From contig JAUCBJ010005050.1 of assembly GCA_032718475.1 (NCBI GenBank), positions 5,395-69,394 on the forward strand: a stretch of DNA of 64,000 bases. Reading direction: 5' to 3'. Each line of letters begins with the position of its first letter. Positions within the stretch are counted from its first letter, which is position 1. The position numbers and the translations under genes were made by a program. Shown piece after piece: positions 1-13,500 of this stretch. The notes below the pieces were generated by a model. That model saw nothing but the letters and a program-made list of their open reading frames with translations, was not told where the DNA came from and searched no databases. The DNA is from Nemertoderma westbladi. Taxonomy: Eukaryota; Animalia; Xenacoelomorpha.

Positions 1-471
1 GTGCCCCACTGTCCCAGCCACGTGTCCCACTGTCCCAGACACGTGTCACACTGTCCCAGCCACGTGTCCCACTGTCCCAGCCACTGTCCCAGATACGTGT
101 CCCACTGTCCCAGCCACGTGTCCAACTGTCCCAGTCACGTGTCCCACTGTCCCAGACACGTGTCCCACTGTCCCAGATACGTGTCCCACTGTCCCAGCCA
201 CGTGTCCAACTGTCCCAGCCACGTGTCCCACTGTCCCAGACACGTGTCCCACTGTCCCAGCCACGGGTGGCACTGTCCCAGCCACGTGTCCCACTGTCCC
301 AGACACGTGTCCCACTGTCCCAGCCACGGGTGGCACTGTCCCAGACAAGTGTCCCACTGTCCCAGTCACGTGTCCTACTGTCCCAGCCACGTGTCCCACT
401 GTCCCAGACACGTGTTTCACTGTCCCAGTCATGCGTTCCACTATCCCAAGGAAACGTCCCACTGTCCCAGG
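1..471. repeat. 21-bp minisatellite (CACGTGTCCCACTGTCCCAG[C/A]), about 22 copies, cut by window edge
   Basis: Direct tandem periodicity; the SHCPSHV ORFs are its translation. Confidence 0.95.
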
Positions 472-1269
472 TAATTGAAAGAAATTATACGAAATTACCC
501 CACCCTGACCCTGAAAAAATCAGATAGGGAATTTATGTAATCAAAGTTAATCTATCCCCCACCCCAGGGGCAAATTATATTTGGTTTACTGTTTTGGATA
601 GAATAACATGTCACTGTAACCTGCTCCTTTAGTTTAATTAATTGATATTATAACATTCTTAATTAAGCGAGTCTCCTCTCAAATTCCTGGGAAAATATGT
701 TTGCGAAACTTAATCCCTGATTAGAATTTCTTGCTGAACAATTTTATACAAATTACAGGAAGGGGGCCATCTCAAAATTAATTTAACATTTTAATATACT
801 TTATGTTGTATTGTCTTTCCCTATGTTGAAATGCCCTTTGTACCAGTAAGTAATCTAATCGTATGTAATATTTATTGCCCGTGCGTTTTATTTTGCTTAA
901 TAGGGTGTGTGGTGCGATAATATCGATGTAAATAAATATTATTATTATTGTGTTATAAATGTAGAATTAGATCGGTTACAAAATGTATTTATCGCATCAT
1001 TATATTTATATGGAATTATATATTGATTGAGGTTTGTTTTGATTCAGTTCAAAGGCGTCTAGCACACCGATGTATTAGTTTAAGAGATATTGCATTGTAC
1101 CTTGCAAACATACGGTACCCACATTGGATACACCACAAAACAAATTACCTTCACAGCTCGTGATCAGCTGATTAGATCCCCCATTTAATGTGCTTTGTAT
1201 TTCTCGAATGCCAATGGCCGACCCTCACGTTTTCTGGCTAATCTGCTGTCATGGAAATAGACCACACTG

Positions 1270-1603
1270 ATGAGTTCTACCAAAGCATTGTGCTTTCGTA
1301 TTCGGAGGTCACCACTTACCAGCATATCCTCCAATCCAAGACTCTGGGTAGCAGAAGTCCTCTACGGGACTAACCAGGCCAAACAACCAACATTTATCTA
1401 ACAATATATATCTATAATCGCACACTGCATTGCATATGCTTTAAGGTTGCCATGCTAGCTTATCAACAAAATTGCGCCACCACAACTTCTTATCCCCCAT
1501 GACTTTATCCGCTTCTTCAAGGCCAATGTCCTTTCAGATGCGTCTCAAGAAAGTCATGTCCTGTCCACCATGCTTATTCGCTCCATGAGTCCGCGAAAGC
1601 ACA
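1270..1603 (-). mobile_element. Degenerate RTE-like LINE remnants (RT C-terminus and 3' end)
   Basis: 1423-1603 is the reverse complement of 43320-43510; 1270-1370 reads DFCYxxSWI..DLRIRK like 42915-42975. Confidence 0.75.
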
Positions 1604-2628
1604 AAAAATGCAATACCTGTATAATACAGAGAGAGGGAAATACAGAGAGAGGGAAATTCGACGCCATTAACAGCTGATTACTCACAAAAATAAAACTATA
1701 ATCTGTTGTATTGACTTTAGTTTATTGTTTTTGTTAGAATATCGCACCGCTGTAACCTGCTCTTTTCCTTGAATTTATAATTTAACATTGAGGCGGGATA
1801 TTAATTCGCCGAGATGGGATTAGCGTCAACTAAGTCAATATAAGAAGTTGATTTTGGGCTCTTTGTGTTCGGAATAATAACGATATTATTCAAATAACTT
1901 TTATAATTTTGTTATTTTTTCTCATTCAAAAACGCTGTGAAAAATAACAAATTATGTTTCAACATTCGAAATTTTGCACTCTAATAAAGCAATAATTGCT
2001 AGTTTCAAAAATTTTATACTGTAGCTTTTTATTTAGCGGCATCCAAATCGTTGTTTTTCTGCAATTATTTTTGACAGTTGGAACAATTTATTTAACCACA
2101 TTGGTTGTTGTTAAAATTAATAAACTAAGTAACCTCACATAGATACTCAGGTTAGCTAAAATATAATTAAATAAATAAAACTAAACGACTAATTATTATC
2201 ACTAAATTTCAGAGTTATGAAGGACCAACTCGGGTTGCCTCTCGATGAGAATGATTACCCTTTTTAAAAAATAATAATAAAATAAAACACCAGATTAATT
2301 ATTTAGTATCATTGCCTGGTAAGTTGTATAGGAATAAAGCGCGTCTCAGTGGTAAGGAGGATGGGATTCCAGCGCAAGTAAGGCCGTGGTCGCTTTCTTA
2401 AGCCGGGTAGCCGCAGATGATACAGATGCAGGTTGGAGTTGGCCGCCAGCAGTTCGTGTTGCTGCACAGTTTGTGGTGGCATCCGTTGGATAGGAACTGC
2501 GCGGCTGCTCTCCGTCTCATTCCCGTTAGTAAAGCTAGCGATATTGAGTTCCCGTTGTTCGCAGGGATGCTGTCTACTGCGGTGAGGATGCTGTCTACTG
2601 CAGCTTCCAGTAGAAGGCTCGCACAGCC

Positions 2629-3331
2629 TGGGGCGAGGTTCGGGATCTCCGGTGCGTCCCCGAAGATGTTGCAGCCATTTGGTTATCGCCGGGGGGACGA
2701 CGAGGTGGGGCGAGGTTCGGGATCTCCGGTGCGTCCCCGAAGATGGTGCAGCCATTTGGTTATCGCCGGGGGGATGACGAGGTGGGGCGAGGTTCGGGAT
2801 CTCCGGTGCGTCCCCGAAGATGTTGCAGCCATTTGGTTATCGCCGGGGGGGATGACGAGGTGGGGCGAGGTTCGGGATCTCCGGTGCGTCCCCGAAGATG
2901 TTGCAGCCATTTGGTTATCGCCGGGGGGGATGACGAGGTGGGGCGAGGTTCGGGATCTCCGGTGCGTCCCCGAAGATGTTGCAGCCATTTGGTTATCGCC
3001 GGGGGGGATGACGAGGTGGGGCGAGGTTCGGGATCTCCGGTGCGTCCCCGAAGATGTTGCAGCCATTTGGTTATCGCCGGGGGGGATGACGAGGTGGGGC
3101 GAGGTTCGGGATCTCCGGTGCGTCCCCGAAGATGTTGCAGCCATTTGGTTATCGCCGGGGGGGATGACGAGGTGGGGCGAGGTTCGGGATCTCCGGTGCG
3201 TCCCCGAAGATGTTGCAGCCATTTGGTTATCGCCGGGGGGGATGACGAGGTGGGGCGAGGTTCGGGATCTCCGGTGCGTCCCCGAAGATGTTGCAGCCAT
3301 TTGGTTATCGCCGGGGGGACGACGAGGTTCC
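2629..3331. repeat. GC-rich 77/78-bp tandem repeat, about 9 near-identical copies
   Basis: Unit TGGGGCGAGGTTCGGGATCTCCGG...GGGGGATGACGAGG repeated; several frames open because the unit is 26 codons. Confidence 0.95.
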
Positions 3332-3447
3332 ATAAGCGCTTTGCAGTTGCCAGCGAAATCAGGTTGAGATTTAATGACGTAATTATTTTTGGAATCGATT
3401 AAATGTTTAGTAAGTCGTGATGATACAATCAAGGCCATCGTAATACA

Positions 3448-3640
3448 AGGCCTGCTCACTACATTCTAGAATACAATACTAGAATTCTTATATCAGCTGA
3501 TCGATGTATTCTAGAATGTAGTGAGCAGGTCTTATTATTACATATTATTATAAGTCATACTTTTTGGCATTTTCTAATTGGTGAAGGGTAAAATACCAAT
3601 ATTTCAAGGTTGTGTTACTCGGGCGGGCTGACGAAAATAT
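3448..3640. repeat. Palindromic interspersed repeat with a perfect 25-bp inverted repeat
   Basis: CCTGCTCACTACATTCTAGAATACA / TGTATTCTAGAATGTAGTGAGCAGG; related sequence at about 57945-58000. Confidence 0.6.
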
Positions 3641-4561
3641 ATTTAATCATATAATAATAATATAAAATTGAAGAAGAAAGGCAGGGCATTACTATGCTTT
3701 GTATAGATTTTGTTTGTTAGGCTCGCATTTCGCATAATATCCAATTAAATACTACTAAATATTTCATTTTTTTTTGACGTGTTTTATTTAAAAAACAAAG
3801 CGTTAAGCCTAATTAGGATAGATGTAGATAGGAAAACTGATTATACTATGAAATTTTATGATATCGAACTCTTTTTAAAGGTCTATTTACGTTCTGTTTC
3901 GCTTGCGTTTTGGTGTGTTTTCACGGAAATTCGCTTTTTGAACTGAAACTCGTACCTGGTTGCGCGGGATTCCAGGGCGAAGTACCGAATAGGACGAAGA
4001 TTCGAAAAAGTGCCCATGGTGGCGTCTTTCGAACCTTCGTCTTATTCGGACCTTCGACCCGCTGCCAGGCATTGTTGTTGCGAGATGGTGGTGGTCTGTA
4101 GAGGAAGAAAGAACGCCGCAGACTTAGTATAATTAATCGTTATGTATCCGCAAAATATCCATACACCATATATCTTATACACCATGACCCGTAATATAGT
4201 GTCATTTTCTGAAGACACGCCCCCCCCCCCCCCCTCCCCCCACCCAAATTCTTCTACAAATCTTTATCATATTGTTTGAAATTTGAAACACAACTAGTTC
4301 AACTCACCGTGGTTGTTACCATGAAGCCGGAATTTTCGATTTTGACTTTAAATTTTTTTTTATAAGCGTTTTGCTTCTTGCATCTCTAGTGTACGGCCGC
4401 CCATAGTCTACCATGTATTCTATAATTCGAGATGCAAGATGCAAAAATATAACATCGAGGATGTCCTTTTTTGCATCTTACATCTCTAATGTGCGGCTGG
4501 CCTAATAATGCTGACGTTCATGAACTCGGCAGTACTGGAAATGTTGAAGTTCGCGAACGCG

Positions 4562-7500
4562 AGGTCGGCGGAAGGTAATCAACCAACGGCTAGCCATGCA
4601 GACAAGGTCGGCGGAAGGTAATCAACCAACGGCTAGTAATGTAGACAAGGTCGGCGGAAGGTAATCAACCAACGGCTAGCCATGCTGACAAGGACGGCGG
4701 AAGGTAATCAACCAACGACTAGCCATGCAGACAAGGTCGCTGGAAGGTAATCAACCTACGGCTAGCCATGCAGATGAGGTCGGCGGAAGGTAATCATCCA
4801 ACGGCTAGACATGCAGACAAGGTCGCTGGAAGGTAATCAACCAACGGCTAGCCATGCTGACAAGGTCGGCTGAAGGTAATCAACCAACGGCCAGCCATGC
4901 AGACAAGGTCAGTGGAAGGTAATCAACCAAGGGCTAGCCATGCAGACACGATCGGGGGAAGGTAATCAACCAACGGCTAGCAGACAAGGTCGGCTGAAGG
5001 TAATCAACCAACGGCTAGACATGCAGACAAGGTCGGGGGAAGGTAATCAACCAACGGCTAGCCATGCAGACAAGGTCGGGAGAAGGTAATCAACCAACGG
5101 CTAGCCATGCAGACAAGGTCGGCTGAAGGTAATCAACCAACGGCTAGACATACAGATAAGGTCGGCGGAAGGTAATCAACCAACGGCTAGCCATGCAGAC
5201 AAGGTCGGTGGAAGGTAATCAACCAACGGCTAGCCATGCAGACAAGGTCGGCTGAAGGTAATCAACCAACGGCTAGCAGACAAGGTCGGCTGAAGGTAAT
5301 CAACCAACGGCTAGCAGACAAGGTCGGCTGAAGGTAATCAACCAACGGCTAGCAGACAAGGTCGGCTGAAGGTAATTAACTAACGGCTAGCAGACAAGGT
5401 CGGCTGAAGGTAATCAACCAACGGCTAGCAGACAAGGTCGGCTGAAGGTAATCAACCAACGGCTAGCCATGCAGACAAGGTCGGCTGAAGGTAATCAACC
5501 AACGGCTAGCAGACAAGGTCGGCTGAAGGTAATCAACCAACGGCTAGCAGACAAGGTCGGCTGAAGGTAATTAACCAACGGCTAGCAGACAAGGTCGGCT
5601 GAAGGTAATCAACCAACGGCTAGCAGACAAGGTCGGCTGAAGGTAATCAACCAACGGCTAGACATGCAGACAAGGTCGGGGGAAGGTAATCAACCAACGG
5701 CTAGCCATGCAGACAAGGTCGGCTGAAGGTAATCAACCAACGGCTAGCCATGCAGACAAGGTCGGGGGAAGGTAATCAACCAACGGCTAGTAATGTAGAC
5801 AAGGTCGGGGGAAGGTAATCAACCAACGGCTAGTAATGTAGACAAGGTCGGTGGAAGGTAATCAACCAACGGCTAGCCATGCCGACAAGGTCGGCTGAAG
5901 GTAATCAACCAACGGCTAGACATGCAGACAAGGTCGGGGGAAGGTAATCAACCAACGGCTAGACATGCAGACAAGGTCGGGGGAAGGTAATCAACCAACG
6001 GCTAGCCATGCAGACAAGGTCGGGGGAAGGTAATCAACCAACGGCTATTAATGTAGACAAGGTCGGTGGAAGGTAATCAACCAACGGCTAGACATGCAGA
6101 CAAGGTCGGGGGAAGGTAATCAACCAACGGCTAGCCATGCAGACAAGGTCGGGGGAAGGTAATCAACCAACGGCTAGTAATGAAGACAAGGTCGGTGGAA
6201 GGTAATCAACCAACGGCTAGACATGCAGACAAGGTCGGGGGAAGGTAATCAACCAACGGCTAGCCATGCAGACAAGGTCGGGGGAAGGTAATCAACCAAC
6301 GGCTAGACATGCAGACAAGGTCGGGGGAAGGTAATCAACCAACGGCTAGACATGCAGACAAGGTCGGGGGAAGGTAATCAACCAACGGCTAGACATGCAG
6401 ACAAGGTCGGGGGAAGGTAATCAACCAACGGCTAGTAATGTAGACAAGGTCGGTGGAAGGTAATCAACCAACGGCTAGACATGCAGACAAGGTCGGGGGA
6501 AGGTAATCAACCAACGGCTAGACATGCAGACAAGGTCGGGGGAAGGTAATCAACCAACGGCTAGTAATGTAGACAAGGTCGGTGGAAGGTAATCAACCAA
6601 CGGCTAGACATGCAGACAAGGTCGGGGGAAGGTAATCAACAAACGGCTAGTAATGTAGACAAGGTCGGTGGAAGGTAATCAACCAACGGCTAGACATGCA
6701 GACAAGGTCGGTGGAAGGTAATCAACCAACGGCTAGACATGCAGACAAGGTCGGGGGAAGGTAATCAACCAACGGCTAGACATGCAGACAAGGTCGGGGG
6801 AAGGTAATCAACCAACGGCTAGTAATGTAGACAAGGTCGGTGGAAGGTAATCAACCAACGGCTAGACATGCAGACAAGGTCGGGGGAAGGTAATCAACCA
6901 ACGGCTAGCCATGCAGACAAGGTCGGGGGAAGGTAATCAACCAACGGCTAGTAATGTAGACAAGGTCGGTGGAAGGTAATCAACCAACGGCTAGCCATGC
7001 AGACAAGGTCGGCTGAAGGTAATCAACCAACAGCTAGACATGCAGACAAGGTCGGGGGAAGGTAATCAACCTACGGCTAGTAATGTAGACAAGGTCGGTG
7101 GAAGGTAATCAACCAACGGCTAGACATGCATACAAGGTCGGAGGAAGGTAATCAACCAACGGCTAGATATGCAGACAAGGTCGGGGGAAGGTAATCAACC
7201 AACGGCTAGCCATGCAGACAAGGTCGGCTGAAGGTAATCAACCAACAGCTAGCCATGCAGACAAGGTCGCTGGAAGGTAATCAACCAACGGCTAGCCATG
7301 CAGACAAGGTCGGGGGAAGGTAATCAACCAACGGCTAGCCATGCAGACAAGATCGGGGGAAGGTAATCAACCAACGGCTAGCCATGCAGACAAGGTCGGC
7401 TGAAGGTAATCAACCAACGGCTAGCCATGCAGACAAGGTCGCTGGAAGGTAATCAACCAACGGCTAGCCATGCAGACAAGGTCGGGGGAAGGTAATCAAC

Positions 7501-10500
7501 CAACGGCTAGACATCCAGATAAGGTCGGCTGAAGGTAATCATCCAACGGCTAGACATCCAGATAAGGTCGGCTGAAGGTAATCATCCAACGGCTAGCCAT
7601 GCTGACAAGGTCGGCTGAAGGTAATCAACCAACGGCAGGCCATGCTGACAAGGTCGGCTGAAGGTAATCAACCAACGGCTAGACATGCAGACAAGGTCGG
7701 CTGAAGGTAATCAACCAACGGCTAGACAAGCAGACAAGGTCGGGGGAAGGTAATCAACCAACGGCTAGACATGCAGACAAGGTCGGGGGAAGGTAATCAA
7801 CCAACGGCTAGACATGCAGACAAGGTCGGGGGAAGATAATCAACCAACGGCTAGCCATGCTGACAAGGTCGGCGGAAGGTAATCAACCAACGGCTAGCCA
7901 TGCAGACAAGGTCGGCGGAAGGTAATCATCCAACGGCTAGACATGCAGACAAGGTCGGTTGAAGGTAATCAACCAACGGCTAGACATGCAGACAAGGTCG
8001 GCTGAAGGTAATCAACCAACGGCTAGACATGCAGACAAGGTCGGCTGAAGGTAATCAACCAACGGCTAGACGCAGACAAGGTCGGCTGAAGGTAATCAAC
8101 CAACGGCTAGACATGCAGACAAGGTCGGCGGAAGGTAACCAACCAACGGCTAGACATGCAGACAAGGTCGTCTGAAGGTAATCAACCAGCGGCTAGACAT
8201 GCAGACATGGTCGGCTGAAGGTAATGAACCAACGGCTAGTTATGCAGACAAGGTCGGGGGAAGGTAATCAACCAACGGCTAGACATGCAGACAAGGTCGG
8301 GGGAAGGTAATCAACCAACGGCTAGACATGCAGACAAGGTCGGGGGAAGGTAATCAACCAACGGCTAGACATGCAGACAAGGTCGGGGGAAGGTAATCAA
8401 CCAACGGCTAGCCATGCAGACAAGGTCAGCTGAAGGTAATCAACCAAAGGCTAGACATGCAGACAAGGTCGACTGAAGGTAATCAACCAACGGCTAGACA
8501 TGCAGACAAGGTCGGGGGAAGGTAATCAACCAACGGCTAGACATGCAGACAAGGTCAGCTGAAGGTAATCAACCAACGGCTAGACATGCAGACAAGGTCG
8601 GCGAAAGGTAATCAACCAACGGCTAGACATTCAGACAAGGTCGGCGGAAGGTAATCATCCAACGGCTAGCCATGCAGACAAGGTCGAGGGAAGGTAATCA
8701 ACCAACGGCTAGACATGCAGACAAGGTCGGCGGAAGGTATTCAACCAACGGCTAGCCATGTAGACAAGGTCGGCTGAAGGTAATCAACCAACGGCTAGAC
8801 ATGCAGACAAGGTCGGGGGAAGGTAATCAACCAACGGCTAGAAAAGCAGACAAGGTCGGGGGAAGGTAATCAACCAATGGCTAGCCATGCAGACAAGGTC
8901 GGCGGACGGTTTTCAACCAACGGCTAGCCATGTAGACAAGGTCGGTGGAAGGTAATCAACCAAGGGCTAGCCATGCAGACAAGATCGGGGAAGGTAATCA
9001 ACCAACGGCTAGCCATGCAGACAAGGTCGGCTGAAGGTAATCAACCAACGGCTAGCAGACAAGGTCGGCTGAAGGTAATCAACCAACGGCTAGACATGCA
9101 GACAAGGTCGGGGGAAGGTAATCAACCAACGGCTAGACATGCAGACAAGGTCGGCTGAAGGTAATCAACCAACGGCTAGACATGCAGACAAGGTCGGGGG
9201 AAGGTAATCAACCAAAGGCTAGCCATGCAGACAAGGTCGGCTGAAGGTAATCAACCAACGGCTAGCCATGCAGACAAGGTCGGCTGAAGGTAATCAACCA
9301 ACGGCTAGTAATGTAGACAAGGTCGGTGGAAGGTAATCAACCAACGGCTTTCCATTCAGACAAGGTCGGCGGAAGGTAATCAACCAACGGCTAGCCATGC
9401 AGACAAGGTCGGGGGAAGGTAATCAACCAACGGCTAGTAATGTAGACAAGGTCGGTGGAAGGTAATCAACCAACGGCTAGCCATGTAGACAAGGTCGGTG
9501 GAAGGTAATCAACCAACGGCTAGTAATGTAGACAAGGTCGGTGGAAGGTAATCAACCAACGCCTAGCCATGCAGACAAGGTCGGGGGAAGGTAATCAACC
9601 AACGGCTAGACATGCAGACAAGGTCGGTGGAAGGTAATCAACCAACGGCTAGTAATGTAGACAAGGTCGGTGGAAGGTAATCAACCAACGCCTAGCCATG
9701 CAGACAAGGTCGGGGGAAGGTAATCAACCAACGGCTAGTAATGTAGACAAGGTCGGCGGAAGGTAATCAACCAACGGCTAGACATGCAGACAAGGTCGGG
9801 GGAAGGTAATCAACCAACGGCTAGTAATGTAGACAAGGTCGGTGGAAGGTAATCAACCAACGCCTAGACATGCAGACAAGGTCGGGGGAAGGTAATCAAC
9901 CAACGGCTAGTAATGTAGACAAGGTCGGCGGAAGGTAATTAACCAACGCCTAGCCATGCAGACAAGGTCGGGGGAAGGTAATCAACCAACGGCTAGACAT
10001 GCAGACAAGGTCGGTGGAAGGTAATCAACCAACGGCTAGTAATGTAGACAAGGTCGGTGGAAGGTAATCAACCAACGCCTAGACATGCAGACAAGGTCGG
10101 GGGAAGGTAATCAACCAACGGCTAGTAATGTAGACAAGGTCGGCGGAAGGTAATCAACCAACGGCTAGCCATGCAGACAAGGTCGGTGGAAGGTAATCAA
10201 CCAACGGCTAGTAATGTAGACAAGGTCGGTGGAAGGTAATCAACCAACGCCTAGCCATGCAGACAAGGTCGGGGGAAGGTAATCAACCAACGGCTAGACA
10301 TGCAGACAAGGTCGGTGGAAGGTAATCAACCAACGGCTAGCCATGCAGACAAGGTCGGGGGAAGGTAATCAACCAACGGCTAGCCATGCAGACAAGGTCG
10401 GCTGAAGGTAATCAACCAACGGCTAGCCATGCAGACAAGGTCGGCTGAAGGTAATCAACCAACGGCTAGTGATGTAGACAAGGTCGGTGGAAGGTAATCA

Positions 10501-13500
10501 ACCAACGGCTAGTAATGTAGACAAGGTCGGTGGAAGGTAATCAACCAACGGCTAGCCATGCAGACAAGGTCGGGGGAAGGTAATCAACCAACGGCTAGAC
10601 ATGCAGACAAGGTCGGGGGAAGATAATCAACCAACGGCTAGTAATGTAGACAAGGTCGGTGGAAGGTAATCAACCAACGGCTAGTAATGTAGACAAGGTC
10701 GGTGGAAGGTAATCAACCAACGGCTAGCCATGCAGACAAGGTCGGGGGAAGGTAATCAACCAACGGCTAGCCATGCAGACAAGGTCGGGGGAAGGTAATC
10801 AACCAACGGCTAGTAATGTAGACAAGGTCGGTGGAAGGTAATCAACCAACGGCTAGTAATGTAGACAAGGTCGGTGGAAGGTAATCAACCAACGGCTAGC
10901 CATGCAGACAAGGTCGGTGGAAGGTAATCAACCAACGGCTACCCATGCAGACAAGGTCGGGGGAAGGTAATCAACCAACGGCTAGCCATGCAGACAAGGT
11001 CGGTTGAAGGTAATCAACCAACGTCTAGACATGCAGACAAGGTCGGGGGAAGCTAATCAACCAACGGCTAGACATGCAGACAGGTCGGCTGAAGGTAATC
11101 AACCAACGGCTAGACATGCAGACAAGGTCGGCTGAAGGTAATCAACCAACGGCTAGCCATGCAGACAAGGTCGGCTGAAGGTAATCAACCAACGGCTAGC
11201 CATGCAGACAAGGTCGGCTGAAGGTAATCAACCAACGGCTAGTAATGTAGACAAGGTCGGTGGAAGGTAATCAACCAACGGCTTTCCATTCAGACAAGGT
11301 CGGCGGAAGGTAATCAACCAACGGCTAGCCATGCAGACAAGGTCGGGGGAAGGTAATCAACCAACGGCTAGACATGCAGACAAGGTCGGCTGAAGGTAAT
11401 CAACCAACGGCTAGCCATGCAGACAAGGTCGGCTGAAGGTAATCAACCAACGGCTAGTAATGTAGACAAGGTCGGTGGAAGGTAATCCACCAACGGCTAG
11501 CCATGCAGACAAGGTCGCTGGAAGGTAATCAACCAACGGCTAGTAATGTAGACAAGGTCGGTGGAAGGTAATCAACCAACGGCTAGACATGCAGACAAGG
11601 TCGGGGAAAGGTAATCAACCAACGGCTAGACATGCAGACAGGTCGGCTGAAGGTAATCAACCAACGGCTAGTAATGTAGACAAGGTCGGTGGAAGGTAAT
11701 CAACCAACGGCTTTCCATTCAGACAAGGTCGGCTGAAGGTAATCAACCAACGGCTAGCCATGCAGACAAGGTCGGCTGAAGGTAATCAACCAACGGCTAG
11801 CCATGCAGACAAGGTCGGGGGAAGCTAATTAACCAACGGCTAGACATGCAGACAGGTCGGCTGAAGGTAATCAACCAAAGGCTAGCCATGCAGACAAGGT
11901 CGGCTGAAGGTAATCAACCAACGGCTAGCCATGCAGACAAGGTCGGCTGAAGGTAATCAACCAACGGCTAGTAATGTAGACAAGGTCGGTGGAAGGTAAT
12001 CAACCAACGGCTTTCCATTCAGACAAGGTCGGCTGAAGGTAATCAACCAACGGCTAGCCATGCAGACAAGGTCGGTGGAAGGTAATCAACCAACGGCTAG
12101 TAATGTAGACAAGGTCGGTGGAAGGTAATCAACCAACACCTAGCCATGCAGACAAGGTCGGGGGAAGGTAATCAACCAACGGCTAGTAATGTAGACAAGG
12201 TCGGTGGAAGGTAATCAACCAACGGCTAGACATGCAGACAAGGTCGGGGGAAGGTAATCAACCAACGGCTAGCCATGCAGACAAGGTCGGGGGAAGGTAA
12301 TCAACCAACGGCTAGACATGCAGACAAGGTCGGGGGAAGGTAATCAACCAACGGCTAGACATGCAGACAAGGTCGGCGGAAGGTAATCAACCAACGGCTA
12401 GCCATGCAGACAAGGTCGGGGGAAGGTAATCAACCAACGGCTAGTAATGTAGACAAGGTCGGTGGAAGGTAATCAACCAACGGCTAGCCATGCAGACAAG
12501 GTCGGCTGAAGGTAATCAACCAACGGCTAGACATGCAGACAAGGTCGGCTGAAGGTAATCAACCAACGGCTAGCCATGCAGACAAGGTCGGCTGAAGGTA
12601 ATCAACCAACGGCTAGACATGCAGACAAGGTCGGTGGTAGGTAATCAACCAACGGCTAGACATGCAGACAAGGTCGGGGGAAGGTAATCAACCAACGGCT
12701 AGTAATGTAGACAAGGTCGGTGGAAGGTAATCAACCAACGGCTAGACATGCAGACAAGGTCGGAGGAAGGTAATCAACCAACGGCTAGATATGCAGACAA
12801 GGTCGGGGGAAGGTAATCAACCAACGGCTAGCCATGCAGACAAGGTCGGCTGAAGGTAATCAACCAACGGCTAGCCATGCAGACAAGGTCGCTGGAAGGT
12901 AATCAACCAACGGCTAGCCATGCAGACAAGGTCGGGGGAAGGTAATCAACCAACGGCTAGCCATGCAGACAAGATCGGGGGAAGGTAATCAACCAACGGC
13001 TAGCCATGCAGACAAGGTCGGCTGAAGGTAATCAACCAACGGCTAGCCATGCAGACAAGGTCGCTGGAAGGTAATCAACCAACGGCTAGCCATGCAGACA
13101 AGGTCGGGGAAAGGTAATCAACCAACGGCTAGACATCCAGATAAGGTCGGCTGAAGGTAATCATCCAACGGCTAGACATCCAGATAAGGTCGGCTGAAGG
13201 TAATCATCCAACGGCTAGCCATGCTGACAAGGTCGGCTGAAGGTAATCAACCAACGGCAGGCCATGCTGACAAGGTCGGCTGAAGGTAATCAACCAACGG
13301 CTAGACATGCAGACAAGGTCGGCTGAAGGTAATCAACCAACGGCTAGACAAGCAGACAAGGTCGGGGGAAGGTAATCAACCAACGGCTAGACATGCAGCC
13401 AAGGTCGGGGGAAGGTAATCAACCAACGGCTAGACATGCAGACAAGGTCGGGGGAAGGTAATCAACCAACGGTTAGCCATGCTGACAAGGTCGGCGGAAG

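Noticed and set aside
1-527. His/Cys/Pro-rich ORFs
   Set aside because: Translations of a 21-bp minisatellite that is open on both strands
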